Shown here: piece after piece, positions 26,863 through 36,039 of the stretch
How positions within the stretch are numbered: position 1 is the stretch's first letter
Layout of the letters: every line of letters begins with the position of its first letter
Origin: Convolutriloba macropyga
Taxonomy: Eukaryota
Direction: 5' to 3'
DNA: 64,000 bases
Assembly (NCBI RefSeq): GCF_964194025.1
Contig: NC_134470.1
Coordinates: forward strand, 65,286,001 to 65,350,000
Made by a program: the position numbers and the translations under genes
Notes under the pieces: generated by a model
Told to the model about the DNA's origin: nothing
The model's input: only the letters and a program-made list of their open reading frames with translations
The model's database searches: none

Positions 26863-27196
26863 AAAAATAGACATTAAAGAAGTAAATAATCTGCTTATGT
26901 CTTGCGCTTGAACTAACAGATTTAAATTTAATTGGATAAAAACTTCCGGGAAAACATATTGTACTAGCAAACTTCCAAGAGTCCTGCCATGAAAACATAT
27001 TGAATTTGTCATTATGAAAGTGTTTTTTTTTCAGAACATACTTTTAGCCATCAAATGAGAGAACACTAGAGACGAACAAACAATTAAAACATCAACAAAA
27101 CAACGAACAATGTTTTATTGTATTGTTAGTAGTTTATCAAGGTTGAGCAAATGCAATTCAAAAGATTATAACTGTTTGAGGTTTTAGGAGACTAGT

Positions 27197-27760
27197 TTAG
27201 AGTTTACGTTTTTTTGGAGCAAGACAAGAACTGACAGGCGGCGTTTCAAGACTGTTGGTTGCAACGAGCCTACTACATTCGGGTGTTTTGATTAAACTTG
27301 TTGAAATTGTTGTAGATGTTATCGAGTTTTCTAAGTTCTTGGTTGTTGAATCTGGAGTTTCAGTAATAGCTGGAATTTTCCAAAAGTTTTCAATGAGCTC
27401 CAAATCCTGCCAATATTCTTCCTGATTTTCGTAGATAGGTACTTCTTGAACATCGTAATCATAGAGAATTCTTCTAATATCATCTCCCAGAACGTTTGAC
27501 TCAAATATAAACTCACGAGTACAGCCCGCAACGAATTCCAGAGTATATTGAGCTCCCTTAAATGACGCTTTTTCACATCTAAAAGACTGAATGAAATCGA
27601 AAGTAACAACAGGTAATGCCATGTGTTTCACAGTTTTCCAGTCTTTGCCTTGATACTCTTGCTGAACAATAACAATATTTTCTTTTTTTAAAGTCTCGTA
27701 TGCAATTGTTCGACTGCTGGAAGAATATTTTTCTTTTAGTATAATTGCAATGGGAAACAT
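27197..27760 (-). CDS. Polinton hypothetical nuclear protein (187 aa; possible PC4-like N-terminal domain, C-terminal NLS)
   Basis: Intact ATG ORF ending PKKRKL; AATAAA on the minus strand at 27114-27119. Confidence 0.7.
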   Translation of the reverse strand: MFPIAIILKEKYSSSSRTIAYETLKKENIVIVQQEYQGKDWKTVKHMALPVVTFDFIQSFRCEKASFKGAQYTLEFVAGCTREFIFESNVLGDDIRRILYDYDVQEVPIYENQEEYWQDLELIENFWKIPAITETPDSTTKNLENSITSTTISTSLIKTPECSRLVATNSLETPPVSSCLAPKKRKL

Positions 27761-28579
27761 TTTAAGATTTCAGTGATATCTTCGTCTGTTTACAATCGTA
27801 TAAGTGGCCTTGAATAAATTGATGAAGACTGTAAAATATACCAAAAAAAAGACTGTTAGAAAAATCTAAGAAGAATATGGTAAATATAATGAGTTAATTA
27901 CTGTTGAAGTAATCTGATTAGTTGTTATCAACAAGAATTATCAAAGCTTAAACCTATATCAATACAATTTCCAACGATTGAGACAGAATATAAATATTTT
28001 ACTTATAAAGTATTGAATCTAAAGAATCTTGTTTAAGCGAAGAACTGAAAACTCATTTTGTGGGTGGTCTGCTACCGTAAATAGAAGTGTTTGTGTTCTA
28101 CAAACATTTAATTATATGGACGAGAAGATATTTTCTTTAGTGTCTGCTGTTTTTATGCTACATGTACTCAGCTTATCTAAAATAAAGACAGATTAGAAAG
28201 TATCCGTGTAATCCCAGCCAGTTCTTATCTTTCCGGAAAGCTATTTTAAGAATCAATATAGAACATTTTAAGTGGGTTGTTATTTTATTTACAATACCTT
28301 ATGTTCAAACTGGTGCTATAAAACAGAAATAATAGACAAATTCTTTTTTGTTGTGTTTGACTTTCTAATGAAAGAGAGTTTGTATAAAAATGTCACTGTT
28401 TTACGAATGAACGAGGACAAACATGAAAAATGTTTTAATTACTTTTAACGCTTTCAACTGCAGCAGACAATTAGTTTTGTAATCTGTTCCTCTATGAATT
28501 AGATTGATTTAATTTTTTCATAGAGAAAATCAAAAGTGTCTATTTTTTTCAGATTCAGTCGACTTCAATCTAACTCGGA

Positions 28580-29011
28580 ATGCGTCTTGATAAACCAATA
28601 GTTTGTAGATATTGTTTGAAAAACATTCATGAGAAGTATTTGTTATTAGCCACAACATACCCAAACAATTCAGTAAGACTGAACTATTTCTTAGCAGCAA
28701 GTGAATACTTTAGTCAAAAGGAAAACTTTGATTATGATAATGCTTTGAAACTTCGACCTTACGGAGGACTTATTGGAATAGATAACTCTTCTTTAGATTC
28801 ATACCTAAACAACTCCAAAATTCTACGATTACACGCAATTTTGCATGACGCTGGTGGTTTCATCCAGGAGCTCTACACTGAAGGACCCGGCTACTCGTAC
28901 ATGCTTCCCTGGAAGCTTAATAGTTGTTTCACTGGACATCTGACAGGAATTCTTTTTTGTTTGTATATTAAAGTTTTCCACTCAAAAATTTATCACTTGT
29001 TGGAATGTTAA
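28580..29011 (+). CDS. Putative phospholipase A2-like protein (143 aa)
   Basis: YGGLIG loop followed by LRLHAILHDA (His-Asp dyad), reminiscent of parvoviral/adintoviral PLA2; first ORF of the + strand block after acceptor tttttttcag. Confidence 0.5.
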   Translation: MRLDKPIVCRYCLKNIHEKYLLLATTYPNNSVRLNYFLAASEYFSQKENFDYDNALKLRPYGGLIGIDNSSLDSYLNNSKILRLHAILHDAGGFIQELYTEGPGYSYMLPWKLNSCFTGHLTGILFCLYIKVFHSKIYHLLEC

Positions 29012-29637
29012 GCAGTAAAACAGTTGTGTGAGACCTTGAAGGTTTCCGTCACAGGAAAGAAAAATTTATTGTTAAAGAGTTTGGTATATGTACTGAAGAT
29101 TACAACGATTGTGTTTTGTTTTCACCAACATCAAAATTTTCCGATTTGACAAATCCGCAGAAAACTACAATCAGTTGGTTATCTAAAAACTTACATGGCT
29201 TAGATTGGAACTCTGAAAACTATCCCTACATTTATCTAACACAAATTGTCCAAAGCGTTCGCTTAAGAAACCCAAGAGCGGTTTACTACGCTAAAGGTTT
29301 TGAAAAGTCTCAACTTTTATCGGAGTTGCTCGATTGTCCAGTAATCGATTTAAATACTCTGAAGTGTCCTAAAATATCTTACAGTTTTTTTACAGTTAAC
29401 TGTGGGAATCATAGCTCAACACAACGTGGTATCTTCAACAATCATTGTGCACGGGAAAAAGCTTGTTTCTATTTTGACTGGTTGACAAATGAGAGAGGAA
29501 TTGACGAAAGTGGAAGCACCCTTGTCAGCGAATTCGACTATTTGCGCCTTGATCACGAAGGAGGGGACACTGAACCTTTCAATTTGCAAAGGAGAAGCGA
29601 TAAAAAGTGGTACTCAAATTCGTCAGAAAAAAGTTAG
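29005..29637 (+). pseudogene. DEDD-family 3'-5' exonuclease-like protein with a premature stop at codon 9
   Basis: ATG at 29005 gives MLSSKTVV*DLEGFRHRKEKFIVKEFG, in frame with ORF 29116-29637 (WL...HGLDW, KGFEK, DL...CP, HCA); TGA at 29029-29031. Confidence 0.7.
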
Positions 29638-29785
29638 GGTGTTATTGACAGAGGAAATTCGTTCGATTACACACTTGGTTTTTTACATCGAGCCTTTCAT
29701 TCAGTGGAGAAAACAAAATGTCAGATTCTCAACGCAAAGTCTCGCCTCCGAAACTTCTATTGATATCGAAACATCCAACTGGTAA
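29489..29785 (+). CDS. Polinton hypothetical protein (98 aa; possible PC4-like fold)
   Basis: ATG ORF overlapping both neighbours within the packed + strand block. Confidence 0.55.
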   Translation: MREELTKVEAPLSANSTICALITKEGTLNLSICKGEAIKSGTQIRQKKVRVLLTEEIRSITHLVFYIEPFIQWRKQNVRFSTQSLASETSIDIETSNW

Positions 29786-29966
29786 AGAAGTAGATCAAAA
29801 TGACAAAATGCTGCCTGAAGAAATTCAGGAACTCGTGAACACGGACAAAGTCAAAAAAATTGTGTACTATGAAAAAACTACAAGATTACCCGCATGTTTC
29901 ATGGTGCACATGAATGAATTTTTGAGTGATTATAGTTGTTATGAACTGTTCTATGTAAAACATTAA
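29718..29966 (+). CDS. Polinton hypothetical protein (82 aa)
   Basis: ATG ORF followed directly by AATAAA at 29974-29979. Confidence 0.55.
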   Translation: MSDSQRKVSPPKLLLISKHPTGKEVDQNDKMLPEEIQELVNTDKVKKIVYYEKTTRLPACFMVHMNEFLSDYSCYELFYVKH

Positions 29967-30008
29967 AAAGTACAATAAATTTTCATTTTATACACATTTT
30001 CTTTTGTG

Positions 30009-30275
30009 ATGGAACAAGTAACAGTTGATCAAGTTGTGCAAGAAACTCTTTTCGAAAAGCAAAGTAGTGGAAAATCTACTTGGAAATTTTGTAACCAGAT
30101 AACATTACCAAGGTCGGAAGTTGTGTTTTTTGTTCAAATGTTTGTAATTTTGATGCTAATAGTTCTTTGCATTGTGAAATTGACTTTGCTTAAACCAACT
30201 TGTGAGGAAACATCAGTTTGGATTTCGATTTTGTCAAGTTTAGTTGGATATATCTTACCAAATCCTCGATTATGA
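30009..30275 (+). CDS. Small two-transmembrane protein (88 aa)
   Basis: Two hydrophobic segments ending WISILSSLVGYILPNP; its stop overlaps the ATPase start (ATGA). Confidence 0.75.
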   Translation: MEQVTVDQVVQETLFEKQSSGKSTWKFCNQITLPRSEVVFFVQMFVILMLIVLCIVKLTLLKPTCEETSVWISILSSLVGYILPNPRL

Positions 30276-30964
30276 ACAAAATTATCCCTACCAGTGACAG
30301 AATCTTTATGGCCGTGGTAGGTCCGTCGAGTTGTGGTAAAACGAATTTAATTTTCAGAATATTAACAGGAAACACCTTTTATCCAAAGTTTAAAAATGTT
30401 ATTTTTCTTTACCACGAAATGCAACCAATATACTCACAAGTTGACCAGCATTCAAACATTGTTTTCAAAAAATTCACAAACTTGGAGTTTTTGCAAAATA
30501 CTGAAAATTGTTTGCTTATATTTGATGATTCTTGTGAGGAAATTTTTAATGACAAAGAGTTTGTCAAGCTGGCTACCGCAGGTCGACACAAGAACATTAA
30601 TGTCATTTATGTGAAACACAATCTTTACCAGCAAAGTAAATGGTCACGAACAATAGATTTGAATACAACTCATATCATTTTGTTCAAATCACCACGTGAC
30701 GTTCAGCAAGTCGAGTTTCTCGGTAAGCAACTGAATCTTACTCATTTTTTAAAAAATTGTTATGAAATAGCAACAAGAGAAACATTTGGACACTTATTGC
30801 TTGACCTGGATCCAAAAACTTCGGACTGTCTACGATTTTGTTCAAACATTACAGAGCCTGGACCGTCGGTCTTCTACATACCTTCAGACAAAGCCGATAT
30901 TACTCACATATCAAATGAACGAGAAAAAATTCTTTATACTGAAGCGAATGGTACTTTTATCTGA
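30272..30964 (+). CDS. A32/FtsK-like genome-packaging ATPase
   Basis: Walker A GPSSCGKT, Walker B LLIFDD, A32-type motif TAGRHKNI; ATG at 30272. Confidence 0.93.
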   Translation: MNKIIPTSDRIFMAVVGPSSCGKTNLIFRILTGNTFYPKFKNVIFLYHEMQPIYSQVDQHSNIVFKKFTNLEFLQNTENCLLIFDDSCEEIFNDKEFVKLATAGRHKNINVIYVKHNLYQQSKWSRTIDLNTTHIILFKSPRDVQQVEFLGKQLNLTHFLKNCYEIATRETFGHLLLDLDPKTSDCLRFCSNITEPGPSVFYIPSDKADITHISNEREKILYTEANGTFI

Positions 30965-31220
30965 TTCTGAGTTGAGGAAATTTCTCCGCACTTACGACGA
31001 CAATATTGTATTGGTACTGTGTGAATGTTTTTACAACGTAATCAGAGGACATGTAAAAGTTCAGATTAACGATTTGGAGCAATATGAAAACGTGATCAAG
31101 ACTATTCTTCGTAAAAACGTTTCAGTTGAAAAGAAAAGAGCCATACTACTCACAAAAACAGGTTTTGATTTAGTTCGGCTCATTATTCATTTTTGCTACC
31201 AGTATTTGAGTCAATCATAA
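30948..31220 (+). CDS. Small helical Polinton/adintovirus protein (90 aa)
   Basis: LCECFYNVIRGHV...KKRAILLTKTGF pattern resembling a small ORF found next to the ATPase in animal Polintons (recalled, not searched); ATG at 30948. Confidence 0.65.
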   Translation: MVLLSDSELRKFLRTYDDNIVLVLCECFYNVIRGHVKVQINDLEQYENVIKTILRKNVSVEKKRAILLTKTGFDLVRLIIHFCYQYLSQS

Positions 31221-31231
31221 AAGAGAAGAAA

Positions 31232-31987
31232 ATGACAACTGCTGAGGAATTTATTTTAATTCCCAAAAAAGTTTATATGAAAACTCAACCATACCAAACC
31301 CGGGTCTTAGAGAATCCTGACGTTAAACACAAATCAGCACAGCTCTCTATTATAAATAGAATGCGACCAAAGGAACACATTGAAGCACAGTTCAATGACA
31401 AACTGTCGGAACAAGACTCTGGTGTTGATGATGATGAAAATCGGCTCAAACATTCAAATAGACGGGCAGATCAGGTCCTAAAAACATTGTCATCTCTCTT
31501 GCCTCATTCAAAATACCTAAAGTGTAATTATATTGTAGATCTAATTAAAAAGTCTAATCGTGTGCTCATTGGTGAAGACGAGAAGTTACTCATTGACAAC
31601 AGTCCAACTGACATAAACGCATTCACTTTCTTGTACAATTTACAGCAACCAACAAAGAAAATTGACAGTCCTGATTATTTTGAATTATTAAAAGTGTTAC
31701 AAATAAAGGAAGAACAAGTAATTAACAGCAATGCTAAAACTTCGATCAGGAAAAGTTCTCCAGAAACCGCAACAAAAAGAAAAAAAATCGTCAATAAATC
31801 ACAGAAACAAAAACGTTCAAGGTTTCAAAAGCCCCCAAAACAAGACAACCAGAAGCAGCAACAGACCAGCAGAGCACTAATCACCGAAGACGAAAGCAGT
31901 AGTGACGAAAAAGAAGAGGAAGGTTTCGAAACTCCGTACGAACCAAGTGCACAGAAGGAAAAACAATGGGAATCTTACGACGAGTGA
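31232..31987 (+). CDS. Polinton hypothetical protein (251 aa; basic and acidic low-complexity tail)
   Basis: Long intact ORF in the core block; NLS-like KRKK. Confidence 0.8.
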   Translation: MTTAEEFILIPKKVYMKTQPYQTRVLENPDVKHKSAQLSIINRMRPKEHIEAQFNDKLSEQDSGVDDDENRLKHSNRRADQVLKTLSSLLPHSKYLKCNYIVDLIKKSNRVLIGEDEKLLIDNSPTDINAFTFLYNLQQPTKKIDSPDYFELLKVLQIKEEQVINSNAKTSIRKSSPETATKRKKIVNKSQKQKRSRFQKPPKQDNQKQQQTSRALITEDESSSDEKEEEGFETPYEPSAQKEKQWESYDE

Positions 31988-32918
31988 AGAAAAATTGCTG
32001 CAGTCAATGTACACAAAAGGGCCAGCTGCGTTTGGAAGCGTTGAAAATTTACAAAAAAACACAAAATTACAACCTCGCAAAGTGAAACAGTTTCTAGAGA
32101 CCAAGAATGCTCACACAAAATATAAGGGCTTTCGAAAAAGTTTTGCACGTTTGAAAGTTATTGCATATGACCTTGATGAAATTTGGTCTCTTGACTTGGC
32201 ACACGTGGACAAACTGTCAAAACAAAACGCAGGTATTAGGTACTTATTGATTGCTGTTGACTGTCTTTCACGCTATCTACGTGTCGAACCACTCAAATCA
32301 AAATATGCAACAACAACAGCTGAAGCCTTCAAACGTATGATTAAGCATAAACAGCCGAAAAAAGTTTGGGTGGATGCTGGAACAGAGTTTAAGGGAAACT
32401 TCAAAACACTTTGCCAGAGGAGAAACATTACAATTTATCAAACTTTCAGCGAAAAGAAGTCTGCGTTTGCAGAAAGGAACATCCGCTCTTTAAAGAATAA
32501 TATTTACAAGTATCTGGAAGAAAAATGGACATATTCATACATCTCTCAGTTGAAAAATTTTGTGCAAACAATAAACTCACGCATCAACCGTGTAACAAAA
32601 ATAGCTCCGAACAAAGTAACCAAAAAAGACGTTCCTTATCTGTTATCATTAAATGCAAGTGCATCCGAGAAATTAGTTAGTCGACCCAAATTTCGAATTG
32701 GTGATTTTGTTAGAATATCAAAAATTGATTTACCCTTCCGAAAAGGTTACAAACAAACATTTACCGACGAAGTGTTTGAAGTTTACGATATTCCAACGAT
32801 AAACCCTCCAACATACAGCCTAATTGATTCGAATCAGAATCCAATCAGTGGTAAGTTCTATCAATTGGAACTAGTGAAAGTTGCTGACAACAGCGAAGCG
32901 TTCACAAAGCATGCATGA
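31977..32918 (+). CDS. Retroviral-like (rve) DDE integrase
   Basis: WSLDL (D), WVDAGTEF (D), AERNIRSLK (E); C-terminal FRKGYKQTFTDEVF and GKFYQLEL motifs; start uncertain (ACG at 31977 or ATG at 32007). Confidence 0.95.
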   Translation, partial: TTSEEKLLQSMYTKGPAAFGSVENLQKNTKLQPRKVKQFLETKNAHTKYKGFRKSFARLKVIAYDLDEIWSLDLAHVDKLSKQNAGIRYLLIAVDCLSRYLRVEPLKSKYATTTAEAFKRMIKHKQPKKVWVDAGTEFKGNFKTLCQRRNITIYQTFSEKKSAFAERNIRSLKNNIYKYLEEKWTYSYISQLKNFVQTINSRINRVTKIAPNKVTKKDVPYLLSLNASASEKLVSRPKFRIGDFVRISKIDLPFRKGYKQTFTDEVFEVYDIPTINPPTYSLIDSNQNPISGKFYQLELVKVADNSEAFTKHA

Positions 32919-33774
32919 GTTTACCATACATTTAGTTTCATCAGCTTCCATGGACATTTTTCCAGAAAACACTTTGGCTAACTTCAAAAACTTTTTCAAT
33001 GAAGAAATCAGTCTGCAAGGTGATTGGAGAGTAGCTTTGAGTGAAATTATCTTCCCATCCAGAATCAACCAGGTTAATAACACTCGAATCATAAAGTATT
33101 CCTCTGAAGGTAACAAAAACCATCAGAGAAGTATTCCATCTGGTGCTGTTTCAAAACCATACAAAGGGGAGACAGTCTTGATCAATACTGGAAGCTATGA
33201 GAACTTGGAACACCTGATAAAAGCCATCAAGACAGCTACTGGTCTAACTAAATTCAGTCATCAGTACAATAAAATCACAGGCGTTTTGGTTTTGTTTTTT
33301 GGTAAAAATGAAGGAATTACATTTCCTGACGAAGAAATACCAAGCATTCTGGGCTTTGAAGGAATCAAAGATGGGTCAGGTACTCATATTGGTTATAAAA
33401 TGATAGATTCCTTTGACAATTTGGCACTGGGTGACGGAGAAGCAAAAGCTTTTGTTGCTGATTACCCTTTTGATCTGCTTGCAGGAAAACAATTGATATT
33501 TGTATACAGCAACATAATTGAGTATCAACACATTGGAGACACAAAAGCTCCGCTGATTCGTATCATTGATTCAAAACAACGCCTGAAAAACGGTAGCCTT
33601 TGTGAAATTGAACCTACGCATAGAATAGTTTTTAGCAATTTGGAATATAAGAAATTGTTGTCAAACAATTTTCAGTGTATTGAAGTTCAGTTGAGAACCG
33701 AAACTGGCAAATTTGTTCCATTTACGGGAACAGGAAAAGTTATTCTTACTTTAAACTTTAAAAAATTTAATTAA
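32911..33774 (+). CDS. Minor capsid protein (penton, single jelly-roll)
   Basis: N-terminal FTIHLVSSASMDIFPENTLANF...LQGDWRVALSEI and C-terminal FVYSNII..Q..GD...PL.R...LTLNF, typical of Polinton pentons. Confidence 0.88.
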   Translation: MHEFTIHLVSSASMDIFPENTLANFKNFFNEEISLQGDWRVALSEIIFPSRINQVNNTRIIKYSSEGNKNHQRSIPSGAVSKPYKGETVLINTGSYENLEHLIKAIKTATGLTKFSHQYNKITGVLVLFFGKNEGITFPDEEIPSILGFEGIKDGSGTHIGYKMIDSFDNLALGDGEAKAFVADYPFDLLAGKQLIFVYSNIIEYQHIGDTKAPLIRIIDSKQRLKNGSLCEIEPTHRIVFSNLEYKKLLSNNFQCIEVQLRTETGKFVPFTGTGKVILTLNFKKFN

Positions 33775-34200
33775 ATGGAAGCTTATTATCAACAACAATC
33801 AGTTTCACCATACTTTGCAGGACACTATCGTCAACGAGGCAGTGGGTTCGGGGCTTTAGCGGCTGGAATTGGTAGGGCGGCCATACCGATAGCTAAAAAG
33901 TTTTTGTGGCCTGTTGCTAAAAAGATTGGAAGAGAACTGTTTGTACAGGCGGCACCAGAGATTGTTGACGTTGTAGCCAAAAAGAAGAGTCCTAAAGAAG
34001 CACTCAAGTCAACTGTTCAGAAAACGGTAAAGAAACAAGTCGGTGGCTCAAGAGCCCGAATTGGAGGTGTTCGTGGTGGAAATGTTTATAAAAAACAGAA
34101 ACAGAGCGGTCCTGTCAAATCCCGAAAAATCATTCAGAGAAAACAACCGTTACTGAGAAGTCGGTCAGATTTCTTTTCCAAAGTGAAAAATGAATACTAA
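33775..34200 (+). CDS. Basic amphipathic virion protein (core or membrane-lytic precursor)
   Basis: YY..Q...RQRGSGFG followed by an amphipathic Lys-rich helix; protease-site-like QVGG, RIGG and VRGG; Arg/Lys-rich tail. Confidence 0.75.
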   Translation: MEAYYQQQSVSPYFAGHYRQRGSGFGALAAGIGRAAIPIAKKFLWPVAKKIGRELFVQAAPEIVDVVAKKKSPKEALKSTVQKTVKKQVGGSRARIGGVRGGNVYKKQKQSGPVKSRKIIQRKQPLLRSRSDFFSKVKNEY

Positions 34201-35511
34201 TTTATTGCCAGCAGAGGCAACACACACAACTCTAGACTTGTTTGAAAAGCAGCCTCTCCTGATCACCTTTGACAATGCTTTTACCCAAAAGGTTGGTCCA
34301 TCATACTCACCGGATGGTCCAATGCTGGAATTCGAAGTTGTTGGCGACAGGAACAACTTTATTGATTTGCAAAAGTTTCTACTTGAAATAAAATGCAAAA
34401 TCACGAGAACCAATGACGCCGATTTGAGAACTGGTACTGATGCCACAAACACAGATTCGCCGTATTTTAGCAATAACGCATTACACTCTCTGTTTTCAGA
34501 GTGTACAGTTTCGGCAAATGGCGTTAAATTGTCAAATACAAACGGCAACTACGCACACAAGGCTTTCATAGAAACAGAATTCTCATCCGGAAGAACAGCA
34601 AAGAGCACATGGTTAGTTTGTCAAGGCTATTATTATGAAGACGAACCGGCTAAAATTGATGGAGCTGACAACAGAGCTACTGATGTTGCTGCGCGAAAAG
34701 CTTTAGTTGCTGACTCTCTGGAATGTTCTCTACTTGGAAAACCGGCCAGTGATATATTGACCTGTGACAAACATCTTCTCAGTGGTGTTACACTACGCAT
34801 CTCCTTCAGAAGGTCTCCAAACGATTTTACCGTCATATCCGAATCTAATAAACATTACAGAGTAAAAATTGTTGAAGCAAATCTGTACGTGCGCAAAATG
34901 ACCGTGGCTGATCATGTGTTGTCTGCGATAGAAAAAACTTTGCTAAAAACACCAGCTGTCTATCGGTACACGGAGGTGTTGCCCAGAACTTTTCTTGCCA
35001 CTGCTGGCATCCGCAGTTGGAGTCAAGAAGACATCTTCTCCAAAGAGTTCGAAGAATGATTATAGCAATGTCAACCAATCAATCATATTTAGGAACTAAC
35101 AGAACGAATCCTTTCCATTACCAGAAATTCAATTTGAATGAAATAGTAATTTATCGAAATGGACTACCGGTTGTTGGAACACCAATTTCAACAACCTCAG
35201 ATCAACGAGTCTACTTCAACACGCTTGAAGCTTTAGATTTTCTTGATAAAGGTGGTCATGGCATTCCCCTAGCTGATTATCCAAATCACTTTATTTTGGC
35301 CTTTGACCTTACTTCAACACAGGAGGCTTCACACGATTTTATTCATCCTGAATTAACAAATTGTTCAATTTCAGTGGAGCTCACTTTTGGAACACCTTTG
35401 GGTGACAACGTTGAAATTTTATTCCTAGGCGAACGAAGTTCAACTTTTTACGTCAACTCTGAACGAAAAGTAACCAAAAACTCGGTTATTACATATCCTG
35501 TTGATGGATAA
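34190..35511 (+). pseudogene. Major capsid protein (double jelly-roll, hexon-like), split by a frameshift near 35046
   Basis: ORF 34190-35059 (NNALHSLFS, ANLYVRK) continues in another frame as VRRMIIAMSTNQSYLGTNRTNPFHYQKF...AFDLT; ~440 aa when joined. Confidence 0.88.
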
Positions 35512-35935
35512 TTTTGAGATAACTTATCTAGTAAATAAATGTTTTCATCTGAAGCACAAGTTCTGTGGAGTTTTTGCAGCTGACAATTTTCCAAGACTGC
35601 CAGAAAATTGCTTTGCTGTGGTCAATGCCTCAATATCAACATCATCGGGTAGTCATTGGCTACCGATTTGTAATTATAAAAAAACAATGTACTTTGCTGA
35701 TCCACTTGGGCAAGCACTGGATTGCTACCATTTTGTATACACTCGACTGCTGCAGTTCTACTTCGAAGAAGAAGTCGTTCAGTGTCTCAGATTGCAGCCA
35801 ATTCAGAGCCCAAACTCCAAACTGTGTGGACTCTTTTGTATTTATATTGCTCATATTATTTTCACATATAGCTATCCGTTTGTACACTACATGAATGATG
35901 ATGATTTACTACGATTTGCTAAGCATATGATGTAG
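35504..35935 (+). CDS. Adenain-like cysteine protease (capsid maturation)
   Basis: Catalytic H (GSHW), D (FADPLG), Q and C (IQSPNSKLCGLFC). Confidence 0.92.
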   Translation: MDNFEITYLVNKCFHLKHKFCGVFAADNFPRLPENCFAVVNASISTSSGSHWLPICNYKKTMYFADPLGQALDCYHFVYTRLLQFYFEEEVVQCLRLQPIQSPNSKLCGLFCIYIAHIIFTYSYPFVHYMNDDDLLRFAKHMM

Positions 35936-36039
35936 GACAAATCAATCAATTTAAATTTTTTAGCATCAACTGTTTTCATAAATTCGTAACTTTTTCCCCT
36001 TGATGCTAGATCACTCATTTTTTAATAAAACAAGTAGGA

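Noticed and set aside
26659-27012. 117-aa minus-strand ORF running into the left TIR
   Set aside because: Antisense to the decayed PC4-like copy, no recognisable motifs, and no counterpart at the right TIR
26860-28580. Possible degraded pPolB or helicase remnant
   Set aside because: No DxxSLYP, KxxxNSxYG, YxDTDS or Walker motifs seen by eye; the region is too short and partly occupied by an intact ORF
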